A DNA stretch of 63,968 nucleotides, counting the filler, from Stramenopiles sp. TOSAG23-3 (taxonomy: Eukaryota): assembly GCA_900128585.1 (NCBI GenBank). It is 4 parts of 4 records of this genome, joined end to end, with 100 filler letters (N's around TTAATTAATTAA, not from the genome) between each part and the next. Parts side by side here need not be neighbours in the genome. Positions count along the whole stretch, not along the records: positions 16,378 to 32,636 come from LT642495.1; 3 more parts are not named here. One strand, written 5' to 3'. Every line of letters starts with the position of its first letter. The first letter of the stretch is position 1. The translations under genes were made by a program, and so were the position numbers. Shown in pieces: positions 19,697 to 28,381 of this stretch. A model generated the notes under the pieces. It ran no database searches. It was not told the DNA's origin and worked only from the letters and a program-made list of their open reading frames with translations.

Positions 19697-21664
19697 ATGG
19701 CTGAAGCTTTAGAAATTGAAAACGTGAAAGTGAAACTTGGCACAGAGTCCCCAAAACGTTCATATAGAAACATAGTTGGTGTCACGGGGACTCTGATCCT
19801 ATTGCTTTATTATGCAATCGCAGGAAGTTTCGTCTATATTCTGTACATATTCAATAGGGATTTTGTAGTTGGGTTGCGAAAAACTGGGCCATTGTCTGCT
19901 CTTTATATTTTTCTGGCCTTGGCATACGTTCTCACTGGATCGCTATTAGCGTGCCGATGGAGTAAAACTTCTGCAGAGTACTCTAAGCAGCGTTCTTCTA
20001 AAAGGCGAGCATCGAAAAGAATGCCCGGCTGGTTTCACGCTGTAAAAGGTATGTTTGATACCTTCTTTGATGTTCAGGGGGCCAAGTATCTATACAAGTT
20101 GTACTTGTTCGAATTCGTTGAGAATATTGTTCAATTCGTTAATTTTTTTCAAGTATACAGTTGCAATATGGACGTGAATGTGCTCTCGTTCGTATGCTGT
20201 TGTTTTTTGGCAGAGGCTGTCGTGCGTTGCAAGAACACTTACGATGCCTATCATCAGCGTTGGACTGTCAGAGGGCGTAGTGGACAGGTAAAACTGGACC
20301 TTGCAATTGATATTTTCTTCACAGTCGCTCCAATTTGTATGATTTGGTTCCTGTACGATATTCCCCTCCGGTTAGAGGAAATCACTCAAATGATTTTTGT
20401 TCCCTCTTTAATGGTTCTGTTAAAACTCCGTTCAATACTTCGGTTACACATCAGAGAGCAAGGGTTAAAAATAGACAAAGCAATCAATCGTTCGTTTTCA
20501 AGATCAACGGTATTTTCCGAAGATGAAAGTGTTGGTACACAGTCAAAAGCCTGCCCAAAATTTGGGTTTAAGGTTTGGTTTCTTTACAATGTAATTGCGT
20601 CAATTTTTTACGCGTGTATTCTAGTTTACCACCAAATTGTGTACCGTCGGATGCTTGCAGAAGACTTTTGCGCTGGTACCTTTGGGGAAGTGCAATCGAA
20701 AACATTGTGGAGAGAAGGATGTTTGGTGAAAATTCCATTTTGCAACGATTGGCTGGGGACAAGAAGACCTTGCAATTGCGCGGTTATAGATATAAATAAA
20801 GCGCAAGGAGAGAGCCACAACTTGACGGCAATTCCCAGTAGCGTTGTCACAGAAATGAAACACTTAAAGCGGTTTACTTTCCAGAACGGTCCGTTGAAAG
20901 ATTTTCCGGATAATTTTCACAAGATGGAGTACCTTGCAAGGGTAGATTTTTCCTACAACTTTGTTGAAGTGATGCCTCCATTCTCAGAGAAAGATACTCC
21001 TGATTTGATTTTTATAAATGCAATATCCAACCAACTAAATGAAATCCCATTGGTAATGTGGGAACATGGAGGAGTCGTAGTATTAAAAGCAGGACACAAT
21101 TCCATTCATGATATCCCACGAAATGTTGGAAAAATGAAAATGCTTTCAACATTAAGCTTGTACTCAAACTTAATTGGGAAAATACCCGATGAATTGTTTG
21201 ATTTGGAGTTGTTGAGTATTTTGGATTTGGGGATGAATAATGTTTCAAAGATCCCACCCTCTATTTTAAAGAGGAAAGAAGCAGGATTTAAAACGCTTTG
21301 GATGAGCGGAAACACCCTCAACATACTCCCTGATCGTTTTTTCGAAATAGAGTGCGGGGATCTTGACCTTCGTAATAATTCCCTTCGCGCATTACCAAAA
21401 TGGACATCTGACTCTGCTATTGGCGATCATTTCTTCTTGGCCGACAACCCAGTCTGTACAATTAGTACTTTGAGGAAAGCTTTGGACAAAGAAATTTTAG
21501 CAGAGTTGGAACGGGTTGAGACTGTTGGACCAAATAGAAAATGGGCGGAAGGATGTGTTCGCCAATGTGCGCTCTCGTGTTTTGATTATTACCGTGATGA
21601 TGGTTGTGATATGGGGTGCAACGTAAAAGAGTGCAACTACGACAATGGGGGATGTGATATTTAA
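19697..21664 (+). CDS. Multi-pass (about 7 TM) membrane protein with C-terminal leucine-rich repeats and a terminal LNR/Notch-like repeat
   Basis: About seven hydrophobic segments in the N-terminal half; LxxLxLxxN repeats (LSTLSLYSNLIGKIP, LSILDLGMNNVSKIP); ends CDMGCNVKECNYDNGGC. Confidence 0.85.
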   Translation: MAEALEIENVKVKLGTESPKRSYRNIVGVTGTLILLLYYAIAGSFVYILYIFNRDFVVGLRKTGPLSALYIFLALAYVLTGSLLACRWSKTSAEYSKQRSSKRRASKRMPGWFHAVKGMFDTFFDVQGAKYLYKLYLFEFVENIVQFVNFFQVYSCNMDVNVLSFVCCCFLAEAVVRCKNTYDAYHQRWTVRGRSGQVKLDLAIDIFFTVAPICMIWFLYDIPLRLEEITQMIFVPSLMVLLKLRSILRLHIREQGLKIDKAINRSFSRSTVFSEDESVGTQSKACPKFGFKVWFLYNVIASIFYACILVYHQIVYRRMLAEDFCAGTFGEVQSKTLWREGCLVKIPFCNDWLGTRRPCNCAVIDINKAQGESHNLTAIPSSVVTEMKHLKRFTFQNGPLKDFPDNFHKMEYLARVDFSYNFVEVMPPFSEKDTPDLIFINAISNQLNEIPLVMWEHGGVVVLKAGHNSIHDIPRNVGKMKMLSTLSLYSNLIGKIPDELFDLELLSILDLGMNNVSKIPPSILKRKEAGFKTLWMSGNTLNILPDRFFEIECGDLDLRNNSLRALPKWTSDSAIGDHFFLADNPVCTISTLRKALDKEILAELERVETVGPNRKWAEGCVRQCALSCFDYYRDDGCDMGCNVKECNYDNGGCDI

Positions 21665-21828
21665 TAAAAGAGAGTACGAATTGAAACTACTTCGTACAAT
21701 CTAACCTCTTGCCACTGACATTATTTTAAAAGGAGTAAAATTTACTTCAGACATGTGCGAGACTGAGCAGAGATTCCCGTTGCACCAAGACGTACTGCGG
21801 ACCGGGTATTTGTGCAGATTTTCTGTCC

Positions 21829-22461
21829 TCAGCAATCTCCACCGTCCCTGGCTTGCAGCAGCCTCCTCCTTTTTCCTTTTACTAACAACGCTTTCCCCCC
21901 TTTTCCTACCGCCAATGGTTGTTCTGAATTTAAATTCCCTACAACATATTCAGGGGCATCCACAGGTTCGTTGCATGTCTGTTGATTGTTAGCTGCCTGT
22001 CCCCTCATTAGTTCGTAAATCATTTTCTTTTTATGTCCAACATCGGTGACACTCCTATAGCGGACACAGAAGTTTACAGGAGCTTTCCCTGTTTTAGGAT
22101 GCCCTACAATAGTCCTTGCCGCGGGGGCTGGACAATGACCTCGGTCGCCCCTAGCACATGCGCCTGATTCGTGTGAGGGGTCACACACGAACGACAACTT
22201 TATCTCTCCTTTGGTAGGGTGAATCTTAATGCTGGGATTTCCAACCCCAAAAAAATCTGTGCGTCCAGGGAATTCAAACGAGCGAAAACCTTGGAGATCA
22301 GGATTGACGGTAGGGGACGTATGCACTGTTGCCGCAAATTTCTGAGATGCTGCCGCTGCGGGGTTTGCAAACTTTGCAGAGACCATTTTGTTTTCACAAG
22401 TTGCTTCTGCATTGGTCATTAGCATGGCTGCGAACCCGCAACCTAATAAAGCCTGTTTCAT
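21829..22461 (-). CDS. Secreted cysteine-containing protein ending in an RRRLL...GGDC tail
   Basis: Signal-peptide-like N-terminus MKQALLGCGFAAMLMTNAEA; C-terminus KRRRLLQARDGGDC. Confidence 0.75.
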   Translation of the reverse strand: MKQALLGCGFAAMLMTNAEATCENKMVSAKFANPAAAASQKFAATVHTSPTVNPDLQGFRSFEFPGRTDFFGVGNPSIKIHPTKGEIKLSFVCDPSHESGACARGDRGHCPAPAARTIVGHPKTGKAPVNFCVRYRSVTDVGHKKKMIYELMRGQAANNQQTCNEPVDAPEYVVGNLNSEQPLAVGKGGKALLVKGKRRRLLQARDGGDC

Positions 22462-22961
22462 TGTTATCCTTCAATATGTCTTGACGGACTATTGTTTGTA
22501 GTTTTTCTCTTCCTTTCGTTTCTTAATTTCTCTCGTCTCTCACCCTGCCCCTTTTCCCCATAAAGAATCACATCCAAACATTTTGGCGTCTTGAATGTAA
22601 AGTATACATAAAGATCAAGCCAAATGCATGTATAAGAAAGATAAGAAAGTTCAAAGTGTAACATCATCCATTGTTTATACCCGTGCTATGTTTATGTATT
22701 TAAATATAAGTAAAGGTTTATTTATAAATATGACTAATTTGTTGTAAAATATATGACATTATGATTATGACCCTCTCTCCTTCCCTCCTTTTTTATTTTT
22801 CAACTGAAAAGGACTCCTCGTATGCCTCCTTCATTTTTTATTTAATACTATTATACCAAATGTAATTTATTATAAAAGCAAAATCTAATAGTAGAACGAC
22901 TAACTAATATAACAACGGTATTTAAAATATTGGAACAGGTACAGTACTGGAGTATTAACTG

Positions 22962-23360
22962 GAAGGAAAGGAAGAAAGGAAAGGAAAGGAAAGGAAAGGA
23001 AAGGAAAGGAAAGGAAAGGAAAGGAAAGGAAAGGAAAGGAAAGGAAAGGAAANNNNNNNNNNNNNNNNNNNNNNNNNNNNNNNNNNNNNNNNNNNNNNNN
23101 NNNNNNNNNNNNNNNNNNNNNNNNNNNNNNNNNNNNNNNNNNNNNNNNNNNNNNNNNNNNNNNNNNNNGGAAAGGAAAGGAAAGGAAAGGAAAGGAAAGG
23201 AAAGGAAAGGAAAGGAAAGGAAAGGAAAGGAAAGGAAAGGAAAGGAAGAGAAGAGAACGAAGAGAACGAAGAGAAGAGAAGAGAAGGAAGAGAACGAAGA
23301 GAAGGAAGAGAAGGAAGAGAAGGAAGAGAAGGAAGAGAAGGAAGAGAAGGAAGAGAAGGA
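22962..23360. repeat. (GGAAA)n microsatellite spanning a gap, followed by (GAAGAGAAG)n
   Basis: Visible tandem purine repeats on both sides of the N-run 23053-23168. Confidence 0.95.
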
Positions 23361-23784
23361 AGGAAAGGAAGGAAAGAGTAAAGGGTACGATCTACGAGTC
23401 AACGAGAGGTGACTACGGATTTGGATCATCCGAAAAAACAATAATAATATTATAATATAAATAAATAACATAAAGATAGCACTAACTTTTGGATTCAGTG
23501 CAAAATTGTAAGTTAAAATATTATTAATGGCTTCTTTGTTTTTTTTTTTTTTTTTGGTGTGTCTCGTCGTATGTCGTGTATGTAAAAAATACATAAACGA
23601 GGAAGGGGTAGAAGAGTAGGTATTTAGTAAGTTTGAAGGTTTTGACTTGCCTTTGCTGTGCGATTCGTTCCATAGTTTGTGAACGTTTGAATTCTACGCA
23701 TCACTTTTCCACAGCGCCCTTACGCCAATTCATCTCTCAAATCCACCATCCTCAATTCCATATTTCAAATTCGTCCTTAACATC

Positions 23785-24348
23785 ATGAGCAAAACTTTCC
23801 TCTTGATCTGCTGCAGCCTCTTGGCTCTCTGTGCCCTTGCGAACGCACAGCGGGTGGTAAGGCCGTTCTCTTGGAGATACCGCACCGAAGACGATGGTCC
23901 CGGGGCCGACGAGTATGTGGTCAACTGCCCGGTTTACCGTCTCAGGTGCCCGATGGGCGAACGCAAATTCCTTGGAAGCTTCGAAAAAATCGAAGTGGAG
24001 GATGGTAAATTTGCACGTTGCCGCGCGCCCCCTACGTGCAAACCTAGGTTCGAAACGAGACGACGACTGATGCGGGGCTGGCCCACCGTTACCAATGATC
24101 TTGGGCAAAAAGTGAATATTATCCGTCCGTTCTCTTGGAGATACCGCACCGAAGACGATGGTCCCGGGGCCGACGAGTATGTGGTGGAATGCCCGGTTTA
24201 CCGTTTCAGTAATTGCAGGAGTAACCCTAACTTTGTAAGAGTTTTAGGAAGCTTCGAAGAAATCGAAGTGGAGGATGGTAAATTTGCACGTTGCCGCGCG
24301 CCCCCTATGTGCAAAAGGAGAGAGGGTCCTACAGTAAGGCGTCTCTAA
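23785..24348 (+). CDS. Secreted protein with two tandem near-identical 4-Cys modules
   Basis: Signal peptide MSKTFLLICCSLLALCALANA; module RPFSWRYRTEDDGPGADEYVVxCPVYR...LGSFExIEVEDGKFARCRAPPxCK occurs twice; 59-nt perfect DNA identity 23863-23921 vs 24127-24185. Confidence 0.85.
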   Translation: MSKTFLLICCSLLALCALANAQRVVRPFSWRYRTEDDGPGADEYVVNCPVYRLRCPMGERKFLGSFEKIEVEDGKFARCRAPPTCKPRFETRRRLMRGWPTVTNDLGQKVNIIRPFSWRYRTEDDGPGADEYVVECPVYRFSNCRSNPNFVRVLGSFEEIEVEDGKFARCRAPPMCKRREGPTVRRL

Positions 24349-24898
24349 AAGTTCGGCCACCTCCGGTTCTCTGTCATGGCATTAATAGTTTGGTTTTTTT
24401 AAGCCAAACAATGGAAAATTATGGGGTTCGAGGTGGAACATATGGAGAAGTAATAAGATCGACAGGAGAAAGTCGGCAAGCATAATGTCAAGGTATACTA
24501 TATTTATAAAATTCTATGTTTTTGTACTTGTAATTATACTTACCTATATAAATTGGTAATATATTTTAACAAAAATATCATCCATCATAATCATCACGAC
24601 GGACTTATTAATATTAATACCGGCGGTGGTATTAATAGGTCAGTAGTAGGTCTCTCTCTCATTTAAAATGGTATAAATTAACAATAATAATAGATTTATT
24701 ATTCAGAATTGAATTTGAATCTAATATTTATTATATCCTATAATCACCCTCCTTACTACTCTTGTTTTTATTTCTTGACAAATTTTGTTGAATAATCTTC
24801 CGTCGTATTTCTTCATAATATTAAGGGGGGGGCTGAAATTGAGGTTGAGATTGTATACGTGCAGCGAGCGGATCAACAGAGAGAGAGAGAGAGGGAAC

Positions 24899-26455
24899 AT
24901 GCCTGGAGGTGGGGCACAGCGAGTGGGAAAGGGCAGCCGAAACCGACGAAACCTTTCGAATATAGTGCCGTTGGCAGAAAGGGACGGGAAACAGCTGGTT
25001 TTGTCCTGTGCCTACAAAGGGAAAACCTTCAAGGCCAGCGTGCTTCCATCGGGGGAGATAAATTTTGGCCAAGACCTTCGATTCAGCAGCCCTTCGTCGT
25101 GGGTTCTTCACTGCGGGCGCACCGTCAAGCCAACCCTCCAGTCCATCAACGGCTGGACCACTGCAATGTACAAAGGGGAGAAAATATGCAATTGTGCCGA
25201 TGCTGTCGAGGAGGAAGGTGCCAGCGCTGATGGCGTGTCCCCGATTGTAGCGGGGAAGAAGAGGAAGCAAAGTGCCCAGGGGCCTTTGCCGACCACCCCA
25301 TTGGACCGAGGGGGGAATTTAGAGGGGCAGGCTTCCGAGACCGAAGCGCCGCCGCCGGGCCCAGGCTTTTCCCCCGTTCTGATTTCACCCCGAAAGCGAC
25401 GGCGAAAGAAGAGCATCCGCGAGGCGAGTATTTTGGTGGGAACAGACCATCAAGTCTCCCACCTGCCTGTCTGTCAAAAGCGCGCCTCGGGGGCGAACGA
25501 CGGGGTCACGGGACAGATGGTTTGGGACGCGAGTGCGAACGGGTTGGACCAAGACGCTTTCGAGGATTACATCGCGGCCTGTGGCTGCGAGAACGTCGAC
25601 AGGGCGCTGAAACTCCTTCACGAACAGAACTACGACATAGACCGGGCCAAAGAAACCTTGTTGAAGGAACAGCCGGCGCTAACAGCTTCGCGGTGGAGCG
25701 AAGAGGAGATCGCCCGCTTTGAGAAAAACATCGTGTACATCGGCAAAGACTTTGACGCGTTGGCGAAGGTAGTCTCCAGCAGATCCGTGTCGGACGTGGT
25801 GCAGTTTTATTACGGGTGGAAGAACAAGCGGAAGGTCGTGAACCACGGCCGGTCGTGGAAGGAAGACCTTGGAATGCGTCACAAGCTTTTGGGCCGTCGC
25901 GTTCAGAAGAAATTCGAGGGTTTCGGTGTCTACAAAGGCACCGTGGTTCACTACTTTCCTTCGGACACCGAAGAGCCACTATTTCGTGTCAAGTACGAAG
26001 ATGGGGACAAGGAAGATTTTTTGTTCGCAGAGCTGGTCCCGCTGCTGTGCGACAAGGGGGGGGCCGGGGACAGCCCTCGCGACGAAGGAAAGGGCAACGG
26101 TGGAGAGGGCAAAAAGCAGCTGAGCATTAAGTGCGGGGAGGGGGTCGACCATAGCAGCCCAAGATCGCTTGTGCAAAGCCCTTCGATTTTATCGAGTGAA
26201 CGGAAGCGAAGGAAGCCGCCGTCGTCCACGTTGACCCACATCGTTTCGAGCCTCCCTTTGCCCAATAAACCAACGGCCAAAAAAGAGCTCATGAAGGTGA
26301 TGGAACAAGAGACCTGGGCCACCCTGTCTTCCCATGAAAAGTTACGGTACTTGGTCGAGACAAACCTTGTAAACAAAATGTCTCCTCGCCCTATCTGGCA
26401 ACGATTCACTTACCACATTCGTCCTGAAACAATATCAAAGACTGCCATGGTTTGA
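24899..26455 (+). CDS. Chromatin protein: RAMA + ELM2-SANT + Tudor-like domains
   Basis: RAMA-like YKGKTFKASVLPSGEI...FSSPSSWVLHC...INGWTTAMYKG; ELM2 ILVGTDHQVSHLP...RALKLLHEQNYDIDRA; SANT WSEEEIARFE...KDF...VVQFYYGWK; Tudor LLGRRVQKKF...FRVKYEDGDKEDF. ATG at 24899. Confidence 0.85.
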   Translation: MPGGGAQRVGKGSRNRRNLSNIVPLAERDGKQLVLSCAYKGKTFKASVLPSGEINFGQDLRFSSPSSWVLHCGRTVKPTLQSINGWTTAMYKGEKICNCADAVEEEGASADGVSPIVAGKKRKQSAQGPLPTTPLDRGGNLEGQASETEAPPPGPGFSPVLISPRKRRRKKSIREASILVGTDHQVSHLPVCQKRASGANDGVTGQMVWDASANGLDQDAFEDYIAACGCENVDRALKLLHEQNYDIDRAKETLLKEQPALTASRWSEEEIARFEKNIVYIGKDFDALAKVVSSRSVSDVVQFYYGWKNKRKVVNHGRSWKEDLGMRHKLLGRRVQKKFEGFGVYKGTVVHYFPSDTEEPLFRVKYEDGDKEDFLFAELVPLLCDKGGAGDSPRDEGKGNGGEGKKQLSIKCGEGVDHSSPRSLVQSPSILSSERKRRKPPSSTLTHIVSSLPLPNKPTAKKELMKVMEQETWATLSSHEKLRYLVETNLVNKMSPRPIWQRFTYHIRPETISKTAMV

Positions 26456-27058
26456 CACAATTGATCGAGCAGTAAGTACCCTTCCTACTTTTCGCTCGTA
26501 CAACTTTCTTTTAAAATGGGTGGTATTTTGTGGACGACTTTTGTGTTCATCTTCCCTTCCACCCAGCAGCAAAATGTAAAAGAATTGCTTCTTCCTTACC
26601 TGTATTTACCATACTTGTATTTAGACTATCCATAGTCTTATATGTTATTAAACAGGTCTAAAAATTCAAACTGAATTCTTTGTTGTAGTTTAAATAGTAA
26701 TTTAAGTAACAGAATTCATCTATAATATATAATTATCCCTTTCTTTCCTTTTCTTTCCTTTCCTTCTCTTCTTCTCAACTCTCCTTTTTATCTTTTAAAA
26801 AAGCTATGGAATGTGATAATATGATCCTATCCGCCTATCCGCCGTCCATTTGATATTTTAATATTTTATATAGATGATTCGATTATTAAAGGCTATTTAG
26901 ATAGTTAAATAAGTACACTATTTTCATATAGTTATTATATAGTGTTGCCTATCATCTTACGTAGAGAGGATTCCTCGTTCCTCGTAGTTAGTCGTTTATC
27001 GTTTATTTATTTAGAACGACTTTAAACTTTTAATTAAACTAAATAAATAAATACCGTT

Positions 27059-27093
27059 CTCTCTCTCTCATCTCTCTCTCTCTCTCTCTCTCT
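27059..27093. repeat. (CT)n dinucleotide tract
   Basis: Visible tandem repeat. Confidence 0.85.
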
Positions 27094-27528
27094 TATCATA
27101 CAATTATAAAACAACTAGACTATAAATAAAATATTAATTTGGAAATAATAAATAATACTATACAGAAGAAGAAGAAAGACAGACCACTATTAACTATTAT
27201 AAAAAAATAAGAAGAAGAAAGAAAGAAGAAGATTGAGATTGAGATTGATTACAAAAATGAATATAATAAATAGTAATTGTTTTGATCTATGCCAGTGAAG
27301 TAAACGAAATGAGTGAGTGAATGAATGAATGAATGAAGAAAAAGAGAGAGGATCAGGTTTTATTTGTGTGTTATTTATTCATTCATTCAAAAGATACACA
27401 CTGTTTTCTTTCTAGAAATATTTTTAAAACAAACCAGAAACACCACTCACTCTCGTTTCGCAGCGTGACAACTGAGGACCGGACGCTTGTTCTTCCTTCA
27501 TAGTAATACATACATACAGTGTACGACC

Positions 27529-27979
27529 ATGAGTGCAAACATGATGGGAGCCTGGATCACGGGCGGAGTGCTCGCTGGGGTAGTTATTTTAGGTGGAAGC
27601 ACTGAAAAGTCCACTCTTCGAAATGCGCGATGGCAGCATTACATGACGACGATGAAAGCGAACTCCGAAGCTCTGTAAGTACACAACTCCTCCTCTCGAA
27701 CGGGACGGGTGGTCCCCTGCCACCGCCCGGCCCAGAGTTCTTTTTTTTCCTTCTCTTTCAACCCTCCAATCGTTTGCGTACGCACGCACATACTAACTTC
27801 CACCCTTTTTCGAAATTTTCAGGAAAGACCAATGGGACAAACCGACCAAGTTCAAAGGACACTGGAGGCGGGATACGATGGAGGCGTGGAGTGGCCGCCA
27901 CGGTTACACGGACGTGAACGGATGGAAAGCAAACTCCGCCGCAGGGATGCTAGCAAGTTCCATGGAACGACACAAGTAA
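27529..27979 (+). CDS. Two-exon small protein (100 aa) with one N-terminal hydrophobic helix; join(27529..27674,27823..27979)
   Basis: Donor GTAAGT at 27675, branch point TACTAAC at 27791-27797, acceptor TTTTCAG ending 27822. Splicing gives an open frame ...ANSEAL|KDQWDKPTKFKGHW...MERHK*. Confidence 0.8.
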
Positions 27980-28205
27980 AGAGCGCGCGCTCCGGTTGGA
28001 AAAGGTGCTGTCCCGACGCTTGCCGTTTGGCGTACTCGCCGCGTACATCTTATACTAATAAATATATTAATATACTCGTACCTTTTATAGTACATGAGGA
28101 AGTTAAAAATTTTAATAATTAATTTATTTAGACTACGTTATCATATTTACTATGATACCTGCATACCGACGAAGTAAGTAAAAAAAATTATCAGCCCCAT
28201 TATTT

Positions 28206-28260
28206 TGTTCTTTTAAAACAAGAAAATTGGCTGTTATTTAAGTATGTTCTTTTAAAACAA
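28206..28260 (+). mobile_element. 3'-associated micro-element with 16-bp flanking direct repeat (putative TSD)
   Basis: Core at 28219-28240; TGTTCTTTTAAAACAA at 28206-28221 and 28245-28260. Confidence 0.65.
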
Positions 28261-28381
28261 ATTATTTAGTACATGCTTTAATAATATTACGTAATATCTA
28301 ATTTGTTTTTCTATATAATTTTTTATGTATAACAGATTATAAGGGCTGTTGAACACGTGCCCTGTGCACGCACACCATGTT

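Noticed and set aside
22851-23594. ORFs over microsatellites (22851..23594, 22930..23412, 16101..16325, 48749..49043, 55049..55249)
   Set aside because: Translations of simple repeats and N gaps.
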